DNA of 64,000 nt from Eledone cirrhosa (taxonomy: Eukaryota), in NCBI GenBank assembly GCA_964016885.1, contig OZ024743.1, positions 270,320,001 to 270,384,000 of the forward strand, read 5' to 3'. The notes under the pieces were generated by a model. The model saw only the letters and a list, made by a program, of their open reading frames with translations. It was not told the origin of the DNA and made no database searches. How positions within the stretch are numbered: position 1 is the stretch's first letter; each line of letters starts with the position of its first letter. Below, piece after piece: positions 44,573-59,425 of the stretch. Both the position numbers and the translations under genes were made by a program.

Positions 44573-45064
44573 TTTTTTTTTATCTATTTTTTATTTTTTA
44601 TTTTTATTTTTTTTTTTTTTATCTATTTTTTATCTACCTCTTATCTATTTTTTTTATCTATCTCTATCTCTTAACTTGTGCCCATCCGTCTATGATATGT
44701 TATTGTATTAGTGTATACTGTATGTGTTGCATACGGGTGCTTGTGTGTAGGTGCATGCGGGTGCTCATGCTTATGCGTATACTTGTATGTAGCTGTATGT
44801 TAACGGAACCCTGCCCAACTGTGAGTGATAACATTTCTTATTTTTCATTTTTATTATTATTTTTATTTTTATTTTTATTTTTATTTTTATTTTTATTTTT
44901 ATTTTTATTTTTATTTTTATTTTTATTTTTATTTTTATTTTTATTTTACTCTTTTCTTATTTTACTCCTTTTACTTTACTCTTGAAACTCCTCCCAACTT
45001 ATGGTATCCCCACATATATTCTTCTGTTTTGGCTTTGTCAATGCTTGTATACTATGTATTTACT

Positions 45065-45122
45065 CTTTATGCTCTGAAGAGTCCCACTTCTAGTGTGGAC
45101 GAAACACTGTTAGCAATTAAAG
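45065..45122 (+). ncRNA. Minimal type I hammerhead (second copy at 50379-50436)
   Basis: tgct-CTGAAGA-gtcc...ggac-GAAAC-act-GTT-agca. Confidence 0.85.
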
Positions 45123-45342
45123 ATATACCTATGTTCTAAGCGCTCTTTGTTGTTAATTGTATTATGGCTCTGTCCTCTGACATTGAGCTAACCATATACT
45201 GCCTATTTGATAAGTGGAGTGTTACACACTCCCAATTCTCTCCCTTATATATTATACGGCTCCCACTGGTTGAGCTTCACCTTTGATATACGTGAATTTA
45301 TATTCTTGTATATCATCAGGCAGTACGCTAACAAAGACATAC

Positions 45343-46972
45343 TTACCCATTTCTTTGAAGAATATTCCCTCCCCTTCTAAAATTTCATATGAGAAATTGC
45401 TTATAACTAGCATAAATTCCTTTGTAAAACGTGTTCGGTGGCGTGCGTTCCATTTTGATAAGAAGTATGATAACCCTGATGATAAGTGTAGTTTTAATAA
45501 TTATGGCTTTAAGACATATAGGAGCCCCCCACACAATAGCCTATTGGATAATTTCGAAAGTGAGCTGTTATCCCTTGTCAGGAATATTAGGTATAAAAAA
45601 TCTAGATGTACCAATAAGTTTCAGAGTAAACTCGGTTCTATCGTTAAGGACTTTAAGGATAATAAATCTATTCTGGTCCCTTCCGACAAAACTAAAAACC
45701 TGTATAGTCTGGATTATAAAACTTATCGTGGCTTCATTTATAATGAACTACATAGGAACTACAAAAAAAACAACGCAGAGTAATTTAGATAATATTAATC
45801 TAGAGGGGTATAACATAGTAGTAAAATTAGGTCTAGATAAACACACTCAACCATATTACCCCAAACAGCCTAGATTCACCCTTAAGGACCATAAGGAAAA
45901 CTTTATTAGTAGCCCCTCAGTTAGGCTTATCTACCCCTCCAAGTTTGATTTGGGGATTATAAGTAAGAGAATCTTAGATAGCGTAATTCCCCTGGTTAAA
46001 GAAAAAACATTCCTTGAGCTTTGGGGTAATACTAGTGAAGTCATTAGGTGGTTTTCTACGGATTGTAAGGGTGATTCGCTTAGGTTTATCCAATTTGATA
46101 TTGATGCTTATTATACATCTATAACTCCTATCATCCTCAATAAGGCCCTTATCCTAGCCATGCAGAGAGGGGTCATTACACGGCCACAGATAGATATCGT
46201 TCTCGCTGCACGTAAAACCATCATTATGTTTGAGGATAATTTATGGACGAGAAAAAACACACCGGATAATTTTGACATTACTATGGGGTCAAGTGATTCT
46301 GCTCAGGTCACCGACTTAGTTGGGCTTTACCTCCTTACTGAACTACATAGTAACTTCCCATTCCTTAGGGGTGGGTTGTACCGTGATGATGCCCTACTCT
46401 CCATAGATGCTAGCAAGTATAATATAGTGCGCATTAGGAAAAAGCTGTATAAATTCTTTAAAACCTTCAATCTGTCCATTACTATGGATATAAATGATAG
46501 GACTGTCAACTTCCTTGATGTTACATTGGACTTAGGTAACCATACGTACACACCGTACCATAAGCCTAATGAATTGCTGACTTATGTGAATACTAACTCC
46601 AACCACCCTAGTCGGTCACCAGTGGTATATTGAAGGAGGTCTCTAACAGAATAAGTTCACTCTCACATAGTGAAGAGGCGTTTAACTCGCAGGCTGATTA
46701 TTATAATGATGCCTTAGCTAGATCCGGCTTTAGGGACAAATTACATTATGCCCAGGGAAATAATAGTCCAAATAGTAGCTCTACCAGTGTTGTTATAACA
46801 CATAATATGTCCATTGGTAATAGAGGTGTTTCGAACATGAGGGTTTTGAATGCCGGTAAAATGCACCAACAGGGTACCAATGGACTAAGTAACAGTAATG
46901 GTAGGCCTCTTAGCTCCCCGCATAGATTAGGTGAACATAGTAACCTTAGCAATGGAATTAATAATAATAATA

Positions 46973-47030
<58 letters not shown>

Positions 47031-47790
47031 TAAAAAGAATAGAAGAAGATTGAATACATATTTTAACCCCCCATTTAACTCCGAAGTGGCTACGAATATT
47101 CCTAGGGCCTTCTTCTCTGTGTTAGAAAGGAACTTCCCTCCTGGTAATAGGTACCATTCTATCCTCAATAAGAATGTGGTTAAACTCTCGTATTCTACAA
47201 CCCAAAATCTGGCCTCTCATCTAGCCAATACCAATAATAAGAAAATTAAGGAAGGCCTCGACACCTTACGCCTTGGGGAAAACATTGGAGTCGACAGAGG
47301 TAGCCGGAACACCCGTGGTCAGCAAGCTGGTGATCATTTAGATAATAGCATCACCAGAAATTGTAACTGTAGAAGAGCTTCGGGCTGCCCCCTGAATGGT
47401 TTCTGCCTTACTAGAAACATAGTTTATGCGTGTGATGTGGTAACTACTGCGTCCACTAAAACTTATATTGGATCAACTTCCACCCCTTTTAAAACCATAT
47501 TTAACTCCCACCAGTGTACATTTAGACATAATAAACTGAAGAATTCTACCTCCTTGGCAGCGCACGTCCACAATTTAAAAAATGCACGAACACAGTACAC
47601 CCTCACTTGGCGGCAAGTTGCTAAATCCCATCCATATACTCCTCATAATAGAGTATGTAACCTATGCCTTACGGAATCCCACTCTATTATATTTGCCAAG
47701 TGCTCCCTACTAAATAGAAAGTCAGAAATATTTTCCTCTTGCCCCCACCGGATATTAAGCTCTTTCTTTTACTTTAAGCCTATTAGCTAG
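45343..47790 (+). pseudogene. PLE RT + GIY-YIG ORF split by two frameshifts (near 45765-45780 and near 46620)
   Basis: SLKNIP, RVRWRAF, LKDHKENF, QFDIDAYYTSI, MGSSDSAQ, LYRDD, FLD, poly-Asn linker, CNC..CPL..C, YIGSTST, CNLC, CPH. Confidence 0.93.
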
Positions 47791-49151
47791 CACTTTCAGA
47801 ATTCTCCAGTTGGGTAATTTAGTGTAATTGTCTCCTATTGTTTGTCTTGTTTGTATATGTGTCTGTGTGTATATGTATGCCTGCATGTGAATATGGAATT
47901 TGGATATCGAGGTGTATACGTGAGTTGGTGTATATGTTAATAAGCACCCTTGTTCGGTACAGTGGATGTGACCCTTCCATACTTGCCCAGCCACCGTGTG
48001 TGTGTTTGTGCATTGGTGGGTCTATCCCAACGTGTATTGTATGGATTTGTACTTTTGTATGCTCATGAGTTGTGATGTAATACATCTATGTAGAGTGTGT
48101 ACTGCGTTATAAGATGCACAATTGATTATATTTAACCTGCCCCTCGCATTTTATCTTATTTTAGTTTATTTAAATTACCTTGTTGACTCGGAGTGAACCA
48201 ATGGGCCTGTGCCCATATGGGACGGAGATTTAGCCAGTCCCTGTGAGCTGACCTGTGCCATCTCGCCGTGGGCAGTAGATATGGAGTACATGTATGTGTT
48301 ACCCTCCTATTCTGCGGTTCACAGTCTACATGCTGACTTTGGGGTGTTTTTGCCCGGTGTTGTATTTTTGGCATAGTTGGCCTTCCATAGATTGACGCTC
48401 TGTGTTATTCTCCCAAGAATAACGTCTTGGCCCCGATAGCCTTCCGTATTTATTAACGGTTTGTTTATACTTGAATCTGGTGACTACACGTGTGAATACG
48501 CATCTCCTCATAAGGTTTTATTTTGAATATTAATCGTGATTACTCTGGCTAATTTACTGTGAAACTACATTATCTGCGACCAGTGAGAGCAACTGTTATG
48601 GGTTTTTGACTTTTGTTAGCTGGGTAAGATATTTTGTGTAATATATCCGCGTAGATTTGGGTGTCCGGTGCGGTGTGTGTGTGTGTGTGTATGTATATAT
48701 TTATGTGTATATACGTGTATGTGTATATATATATATATATACTGTCTCTGTATATATGTGTATGTATACTGTCTCTGTATATACATGTTTGTGTGTATGT
48801 GTGTATGTATAAGTATACATATACTGTCTCTGGACTAACCCTAATGTTGCGTACATTCTTGCGATGCCGGATTGTTGCTCAATGTTGTGATTTTGTGGTT
48901 ATCGGCTTTGGAAGCTATTTGTTATGCACGTTGTTGAGTTTTCTTATATTAAATGGTATGCATAATAACCTGCTTCACCTGACTGTGTTTTACCACCTGC
49001 ACTTGCCTGCTTCTGCTCACTAATATGCGCCTCAGTTATTTGCCTCTTGATGTTCGTGCTGCTGTATATGAATTTGCCTGCAACCTTCCCAGCATATGCT
49101 CCTGCTTGTGATACGGATACACCTTGTTAACCAATTAATTCTTGCCTGAGT

Positions 49152-49276
49152 GCTCAACTCTATGAATGCACATCTGTGTATTGAACTTTGGAGTGTGAAC
49201 TTTTTGGGATTGCCCAACCGCTCAACTCTATGAATGCACACCTGTGGATTGAACTTTGGAGTGTGAACTTTTGGGA
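49152..49276 (+). repeat. Two-copy tandem repeat (68-bp period) inside the PLE 3' region
   Basis: gctcaactctatgaatgcaca..tgtg.attgaactttggagtgtgaactttt occurs at 49152 and 49220. Confidence 0.85.
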
Positions 49277-49794
49277 CTGTCCAACCTGGGATGTTTCCAT
49301 TGCATTGTAATGGTCCACTCAATCTAGTGCGGACATAGCATCTGTTCATAAAATCTCATTTAAAAAATCTCATTCGAACATTCGAACACTCTATTGTTGA
49401 ACTGCGGCTAACTGCAACACCTAAGGCGTTCGTGTGCTCCTGATATATTCCATATATCACCATGAGTCAACACTAGTGTCACCTTAGGATTTTTATAATA
49501 ATATTATTATTACATGCCCTAATAATTACCATCTTGATTACCCTTATTACATCTTTTTACCCCCAGTTACATTTTTATAAATATGCATTACTTGGACTGA
49601 TATGTGTATATACATATATATATATCCTTATATATACGTCTCTTTTATATATATTTTTTATATATATTTTTGTATATATTTTTGTATATTTTATATATTG
49701 TACGTATATCACTTGTTGAACATAGCTTAATAGCTTATGCATTTGCCAGTCTTATCTTTACCCACACCTTCCTTTATGGTGTATATTTTACTCC

Positions 49795-49826
<32 letters not shown>

Positions 49827-50587
49827 GTTTTTTGTTTTATTTATCTTCTGGTGTATATCTTACTTTACTTTATTTTATTTTATTTTATTTTTATCTTTTA
49901 TCTATTTTTTATCTATTTCTTATCTATTTTTTTATCTATTTTTTATCTTTTTTTTATCTATTTTTTATTTTTTATTTTTTTATCTATTTTTTATCTACCT
50001 CTTATCTATTTTTTTTATCTATCTCTATCTCTTAACTTGTGCCCATCCGTCTATGATATGTTATTTGTATTAGTGTATACTGTATGTGTTGCATACGGGT
50101 GCTTGTGTGTAGGTGCATGTGGGTGCTCATGCTTATGCGTATACTTGTATGTAGCTGTATGTTAACGGAACCCTGCCCAACTGTGAGTGATAACATTTCT
50201 TATTTTTCATTTTTATTTTTATTTTTATTTTTATTTTTATTTTTATTTTTATTTTTATTTTACTCTTTTCTTATTTTACTCCTTTTACTTTACTCTTTAA
50301 ACTCCTCCCAACTTATGGTATCCCCACATATATTCTTCTGTTTTGGCTTTGTCAATGCTTGTATACTATGTATTTACTCTTTATGCTCTGAAGAGTCCCA
50401 CTTCTAGTGTGGACGAAACACTGTTAGCAATTAAAGATATACCTATGTTCTAAGCGCTCTTTGTTGTTAATTGTATTGTATATATACATATATTAATATA
50501 TATATATATATATATTAATATATATATATATATATATATTAATATATAGAAGGATTTAAATGGATACAGTTTAGTTAAAAGGAATTT

Positions 50588-50704
50588 ATTGACACGTGTT
50601 TCTATAACAGTTACATAACCTAAAAACAGCTGCTATCTACAAAGTATTAGTTATGCAGACATTCAATATTTCAATGTTATTATCAACTGTAATTTCATCG
50701 GAAC
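50588..50704 (-). ncRNA. Hammerhead-like motif with a long stem II, in a 230-bp insert (50549-50779)
   Basis: gtt-CCGATGA-..tacagtt/aactgt..-GAAAC-acgt-GTC-aat. Confidence 0.55.
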
Positions 50705-51074
50705 CGTCGAGCAAACTCTACGTGAGCTGTCCATCTACTGTGTGTAATATTTATATTACAACAATACGGAAAATACTGTATATATTAATATATATATATA
50801 TATATTATTATATATATATATATATTAATATATATATATATATATATTAATATATATATATATATATATTAATATATATATATATATATTAATATATATA
50901 TATATATATATTAATATATATATATATTAATATATATATATATATATTAATATATATATATATATATTAATATATATATATATATATTAATATATATATA
51001 TATATTAATATATATATATATATATATTAATATATATATATATATATATATATTAATATATATATATATATATA

Positions 51075-51121
<47 letters not shown>

Positions 51122-51153
51122 ATATATATTAATATATATATATATATATATTA

Positions 51154-51190
<37 letters not shown>

Positions 51191-51228
51191 TTAGTATATA
51201 TATATATATTATTATATATATATATAAT

Positions 51229-51259
<31 letters not shown>

Positions 51260-51274
51260 TAATATATATATATA

Positions 51275-51312
<38 letters not shown>

Positions 51313-51408
51313 TATATATATATATTATTATATATATATATATTAATATATATATATATAAATATATATATATATATTAATATATATATATATTAATATA
51401 TATATATA

Positions 51409-51513
<105 letters not shown>

Positions 51514-51536
51514 TAATATATATATATATATATATA

Positions 51537-54015
51537 TTGTTATATTTGGGGAGGGTCATATTTGCGTAATATTGCCAGAATTAATAACAGAACACACTCA
51601 CTGTTTGGTTGGTTTTCACTTCTCGCTGTCTTTTATATATATATATCTGCGATCTAACTTACTCGGTCCTCAATGTTGCCATTGACTGACCGGCGGTCAA
51701 AAATAATACAGATACAATATAGACAAACACATATATATATAGTTTACATAATTTACATAAATCTTTCGTTGCACATCTGCAACATCGTCAGTGGTGTTAT
51801 ATTCATTGTTCCTCCTGTTGTGTTGTATGTCTACGCCATTTTTTTTTGTTCAGTCTGTCTATATATTTATTTATTTATTTGATTGTTTGTTTATCTTATT
51901 TTATTTTGTCTTCTTTGCGCATGCGTTTTGTATAGTGTTATGTGTGATGTGTGACTAGTGTGTATAGTGTTGTGTCTGCTGGGTGACTAGTGTGTGTTTA
52001 TGTGCTTGTGTATGTATTTATTTATCTTATTTTATTTATTTAATTTAATTTACTTATTTATTTATACTTCTCTTAGGTCAGTGTTGTTTGTTTGGGTGTT
52101 GTTGTTGTTCCACTCATTCTTTCTGTTTAGCTTTGGTCTTCTAATTTCTATTTCACTGGCCTCTCTGATTTGCCTATCTGCTGGGTCATTCCTATGTTTA
52201 GATATTATTCTAATTTCTATGTTGTCTATGTTACCGTCATGTTGTTGTCTAGCATGTTCGTATAGTACTGGCCCGTTTTTTCGTCCTTTTAGTTCCCCCC
52301 AGTGTTGGTCTATCCTTTCACCTATGCTACGAGCTGTCTCACCTATGTATGTTGTTGTCGTGTTTCTGCAAGTACCCTCTGTACATCTTATGTTATAGAC
52401 TACGTTTCTAGTTTTACAGTTTATCCGGGGGTTCACCTTACATATGATACATTTCCTATTGGTACAGTGGGTTTTCTTAAAAGGGTAGGTTTTGCTGATC
52501 AGGGATTTTATGGTGGTTCCTGGCTTTTCTACCACCTTTATTTTTAAGTGGGTCTTTCTCAGGGCCTTTCTACACTGGTTAGCTAATTTCCCTCCAGGGG
52601 TGGCGTCCACAAACATGACACTCTGATATCTCTGGTTGTCGTACCATGATGTGGCCTTCCCTATCTTATGTCTAGCCCTATCTAAGCTATTCCATGATTT
52701 GCTCCTGTATAGTGGGCAAATTCCTTTCATGTCCAGTTCTATGAGGGTCTTATACTTTTCCATGGCTCCTTCGTATACTCTGACTCTGTCTCTTTGGTTG
52801 TAGCCAGAGAACTGCATGCGGTTGATGAAGTGTTGGATGTGTCCTTCCATTTCTGTTGGGTCGCACATGCTGGACACATTCTTCATCACTCGTACCAAAT
52901 CTGCGATCAGAATATTAAACTTAGCACTACTGGACATTGCTGAGTTTTTGAGTATCAGGTATTTGGAGGCCATGGGTTTAGCATAGTGTGAGTGGAGAAT
53001 TTGGGCTCTCTCGTCTATAGTGTTAATCCAGAGTTCTGTGTCTAATACAGGTAGTCTATTGTTAGGGTGTTTGGAAGGGAAGTCTATAGTTACAGTTATA
53101 CTCTGGTGTATGGAATTAGCTATCTGCTGGATGCTTTCCATCGTGCTACGTTCTAAATCAAACTTGTTAGTGCTCTCTAGTGGGGGTGTTCTTATAACTA
53201 TATTGATATCGTCTACATAACGAGAGTACATGATGAGGTCTATGGAGCTTTCATTAAGGAGATCTTTAAGTCTCCTTTCCCACCATACCATGAAAAGGTT
53301 GGCAACATCACCAGCTATGCTGACGCCGATGGCTGCTCCCTCATTTTGGGTGTAGATTTTCTCATTGAACTTAAATATGTGGCCCTTTAGGGTAGTTTTG
53401 ATACTAGCCCCTATTGCATGTGCGACCATTTTTCTTACCTGATCAGTGTTTTGGGGGTCCGTATAGCTTTGGTCCACCCAATCCACCTTCCTATGGGAGT
53501 CTTTTTAGCCATTGAGGTTATGGTGGGGGGTCTACCTCTTATAGGTCTACTAGGGCAGAAACATCTAAGGTCATGGCTGTCTAGGTAGTCAGTGTCGTAG
53601 GTAAGTCTAAGTAGGAGGCCCAGTTCGTCTGTGTCGACGTCGCAGAACTCCACCTCACTCTCAATGATCATCTCCACACATCTTTTCACAGCAAAATCAA
53701 TGTTAATGGATGGGTACAGTGACACCACATCCATGCTGCCTATTATGCAGTTGGATAGGCTCCTGTTTTTGTTGCACTCACTGATTCTGCTGAGGAGGTC
53801 CTCTGTACTTTCACATACATCTGGGGACATCTTGATTATGGGGCGTATAACCATTGAGAGGAAGTAGGAGATCCTGTAGTTGCTAGCTATATTAGCTCCG
53901 CATACGGGTCTTGTTGGTGGTCCTGTTGTCGGGTCGTCGACTGTCTTGTGGTCTTTGCGGAGCCCATACAAGGGTGGTATGCCATTGTTAGACGCCTGGA
54001 AGTTGTTGGCAGTGC

Positions 54016-54018
<3 letters not shown>
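51537..54018 (-). mobile_element. 5'-truncated PLE of a second lineage, inserted in (TA)n
   Basis: RT+EN ORF, 3' UTR with an HHR-like motif at 51756-51793, and TA tracts at both ends. Confidence 0.92.
52062..54018 (-). pseudogene. PLE RT + GIY-YIG ORF, 5'-truncated, with one frameshift near 53480
   Basis: YGLRKDHK, RPVCG, MDVVSLYPSI, GAAIG, RYVDD, LPVLD, CIIC, NVVY..C....C..YIGET.R...R...H. Confidence 0.93.
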
Positions 54019-54078
<60 letters not shown>

Positions 54079-54095
54079 TATATATATATATGTAT

Positions 54096-55012
54096 ATTAA
54101 TATTTGATGAACATTTACATGTTATAGTTGCAATTGACTAATAAGATCGCTAGAGTGAAAAATGTTAATTCAACAACATAAGGTCTGCCTGTACGATCTA
54201 GAAAATAATAAATCAATACTCACAGACTCATATGGGCAAAAAGCCTTGGTACCTAGACACGTTTAAAATTCAAAATACAAACTTTTTCCGCAGATCGGTC
54301 AGAACTTCAAACTTCAAACATGTTTCACGAAGGATGGTATAATAGTAAAATAATTAACTAATTAGCAGTGAGTTAATCAACTTTTTCTGTGTTTATCAAT
54401 AGGTACCCAGATAAAAATAAAATAACTCAACCTCAGAAAAATATCTAAGGTCTGGTTAGCGTAGCGAAAATACACGAGGTTTTGCACACGGCTTATTCCA
54501 GTCCTCTAACGTCCCACACATAGTGCTAGAAATAACAGCCGTTTATATGGGATTACAAAATTCAGCTCACCTGGGGGAGCAGTGATAAATAGCATAGAGT
54601 TTAGACACAAAGGGGTCATTTACAATCATTTCAGCTCTAGGAATCGCTTCTGAGCAGTATAAATTAATATTTGATGAACATTTACATGTTATAGTTGCAA
54701 TTGACTAATAAGATCTGCCTGTACGATCTAGAAAATAATAAATCAATACTCACAGACTCATATGGGCAAAAAGCTTTATACTGCTCAGAAGCGATTCCTA
54801 GAGCTGAAATGATTGTAAATGACCTCTTTGAGTCTAAACTCTATGCTATTTATCACTGCTCCCCCAGGAGATTTTTCACTCTAGCGATCTTATTAGTCAA
54901 TTGCAACTATAACATGTAAATGTTCATCAAATATTAATTTATACTGCTCAGAAGCGATTCCTAGAGCTGAAATGATTGTAAATGACCTCTTTGAGTCTAA
55001 ACTCTATGCTAT
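54096..55012. mobile_element. Non-coding ~567-bp unit with terminal redundancy and two inverted segments; homolog of 31834-33006
   Basis: The junction sequence at 54096 recurs at 54663. 54775-55012 is made of reverse-complement pieces of the unit. Shared blocks include ggcaaaa..tagacac.tttaaa.ttcaaaa, gctagaaataacag.cg and ctgagcagt..ataaattaatat. Confidence 0.8.
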
Positions 55013-55046
55013 TTATATATATATATATATTAATATATATATATAT

Positions 55047-55145
<99 letters not shown>

Positions 55146-55171
55146 TATATATATATATATTAATATATATT

Positions 55172-55219
<48 letters not shown>

Positions 55220-55267
55220 TATATATATATATATATTAATATATATATATATATATATATTAATATA

Positions 55268-55684
55268 GTTTTGCGAGATTTTTTATATGAAATCGTGTGT
55301 CGAAACAAATATTGTTATACTTGGGGAGGGTCATATTTGTGTAATATTGCCAGAATTAATAACAGAACACACTCACTGATATAGACAGACTGAATAAAAA
55401 TGGCGTAGACATACAATACAACCTGAGAAAATATAGCACCACTGACGATGTTGCAGATGTGCAACGAAAGATTTATGATAAACTATATATATGTGTTTGT
55501 GTCTATATTGTATCTGAATTATTTTTGACCGCCGGTCAGTCAATGGCAAGATTGAGGACCGAGTATATTAGATTACCGATATAAAAGACACAGAAGCGAG
55601 AAGCGAAAACCAACCAAACAGTGAGTGTGTTCTGTTATTAATTCTGGCAATATTACACAAATATGACCCTCCCCAAGTATAACT
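55268..55684 (+). mobile_element. Short 3'-end copy of the 51537 PLE family with a 5' inversion and an HHR-like motif (55440-55477)
   Basis: Reverse complement of ~51540-51860. Arms at 55314-55378 and 55620-55683. Motif CTGACGA-t-gttgca/tgcaac-GAAA. Confidence 0.85.
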
Positions 55685-55690
55685 ATATTA

Positions 55691-55792
<102 letters not shown>

Positions 55793-55812
55793 TATATATA
55801 TATATATATATA

Positions 55813-55882
<70 letters not shown>

Positions 55883-55926
55883 TATAAATATATATATATA
55901 TTAATATAAATATATATATATATATA

Positions 55927-56004
<78 letters not shown>

Positions 56005-56009
56005 TATAT

Positions 56010-56041
<32 letters not shown>

Positions 56042-56399
56042 TAATATATATATATATATATATATTAATATATATATATATATATATATTAATATATATA
56101 TATATATATTAATATATATATTTATATATATATATTAATATATATATATATATGTATATACATATTAATATAATTATATATATATATTAATATATATATA
56201 TATTTCTTAAGGTTTGTTGGTTCACCACTGGACAGAACTGGTCATTCCGTATGGTCAATCCTGGTGTATTATTGTGAAGAGTACTCAACGCAGTGCAGTT
56301 CACCCATCTTAGTTTGTGTAGTTGGTCGTGCGAACACGGAGTTAATTATAAATGAAATAACAGGAGGCTGGACTGGTGTAAATCCTTGAAAGGTTTATT

Positions 56400-56457
56400 A
56401 TACTATGATCATTTCAATGACCGGGTTCCATATGAATCCGGTGATATCATCAGGTAT
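56400..56457 (-). ncRNA. Type I hammerhead within a ~1-kb non-coding insert (56204-57263)
   Basis: atac-CTGATGA-..accgg/ccggt..-GAAA-tgatca-TA-gtat; stem III is palindromic. Confidence 0.72.
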
Positions 56458-57273
56458 TGGAATATAACAAAGGAATATGTAAAAAGCCATGGGTCCGAAA
56501 AACCATGGGTCCGAGAAACCAGAGACAGAGAGGGTGGGTGACCAACTAGACTCACAGCCAACCGCCCTCAAAGTGTTGGCAACCGAAAGCTACCAATGAA
56601 TATCTGGTAAGGGGGCGCAGGCCTATCATGTACTACCACCACTCCGTCAAAGAAAAGAGGAAGAAAGAAAGAAAGAAAGGGAGAAAGAAGTGTAGTGTAA
56701 GGGTCAAACTACATTCATGTTATAAAATGCCGTGAAAAAAATGCTACCCAAAGAATCTGTAGTGGTTGTCTGTATGGTCTAATGTGTGAACCGAAGATCG
56801 GAACGCTAAACTTATGTTGCGAGTTATAGGATGAAATAAATTAAATTAAATTAAAATATTATATTGCAAAATGGTAAATTGAAAAATAGTGGTAGCGAGA
56901 TTTATTTAACGAACTTACGGAGAGAGTCTTATATGAAAAAAGTTTTTATTAATTATTTAACCCGATAAGATATTAGGATGGGATATAGAGTAAAGATTTC
57001 GAATGGGAGTCCCAGCCAGCACAGCCCCCACCCTGAGTCAGCCAGTTTCGAGTGGTATCGTCCAGCGAAAGAAATGGAAATTAATTTTTCCAAGTACTCT
57101 AGGAACGTAGCTAAATTTGGCTCCGGGATCGCTAGCGGGAACCCCACAGTTTCGACCGGCCATCGTCTATACCACGAATACTATTAAATCACACATTAGG
57201 GGTATATTTACGTGTCAATAGAGGCATGATACAACTAATAGTTGTGCCCAAACCTGGAGTTTGTATATATATA

Positions 57274-57337
<64 letters not shown>

Positions 57338-57386
57338 ATATATTAATATATATATATATATAAATATATATATATATATTAATATA

Positions 57387-57440
57387 TGCAAGTATGTATG
57401 TATACGTACATACATATATGTATACAGACGTACAGTAGCA

Positions 57441-57500
<60 letters not shown>

Positions 57501-57975
57501 CAGGTACACATATATATATGTACGCATCAGTTTAGCGGACGCTTATTATAGTGCCCACTTTGTTCGTTTGTAAACAAACTGAACAGCCTGAATTTATGCC
57601 GCACGGTGTTAAGGCAACCACGTCACCTTTTTGTTCAACACTGACACAGGAACGATGTACTAGTTTCAAGCATGTTAGCTATCATCAGCACCGTATACCC
57701 ATCTGCCAGATAGTTGAACGTTCGAAAGTATATACTTTACTTATGAAAATTAACGGCTGAGCAGCCTAATTTGCATATCGAGTGAGTTAAATCGGTCAGG
57801 CGAACCGAAAACGATGAGTTGTATTAAAATGAAAACGAAATTTCATTTCTCACTCTTAGTACGGCACTTACTTAAATGCAAGTATGTATGTATACGTACA
57901 TACATATATGTATAGAGTAAGTGAGGTACTAAGAGTGAGAAATGAAATTTCGTTTTCATTTTATTACAACTTATA
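57387..57975 (-). mobile_element. ~490-bp retrozyme-like non-autonomous element
   Basis: ~38-bp direct repeat at 57387 and 57877, HHR at 57653-57693, and a 5' inversion at 57926-57971. Confidence 0.75.
57653..57693 (-). ncRNA. Minimal type I hammerhead
   Basis: cggtg-CTGATGA-tagc/gctt-GAAAC-ta-GTA-catcg. Confidence 0.8.
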
Positions 57976-58006
57976 TTAATATATATATATATATATTAAT
58001 ATATAT

Positions 58007-58055
<49 letters not shown>

Positions 58056-58058
58056 TAT

Positions 58059-59218
<1,160 letters not shown>

Positions 59219-59363
59219 TATATATATACATGGAAAGTTATATTTAAAATTGTTGGGTTACAACTAGTAAATATTTATAACTGATATAAAAGCACTCGAC
59301 AAATATTTGGAGTATATTTACAATATTAAATAAATGGAAACTATACTTATAAAACCATATTTA

Positions 59364-59425
59364 TTTCATTATATATATTTCGGGGATATCATATTAACAA
59401 TATGCTATGCCTTCCTCAGACAAAA
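59364..59425 (-). ncRNA. Type I hammerhead
   Basis: ttttgt-CTGAGGA-agg...ccc-GAAA-tatata-TA-atgaaa; predicted cut between 59370 and 59369. Confidence 0.75.

Larger units (their letters stand above)
44572..50477 (+). mobile_element. Full-length PLE with direct pseudo-LTRs and a long 3' region
   Basis: Direct repeats ~44572-45163 and ~49945-50477, each with an HHR; RT+EN ORF between them; (TA)n on both sides. Confidence 0.93.
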
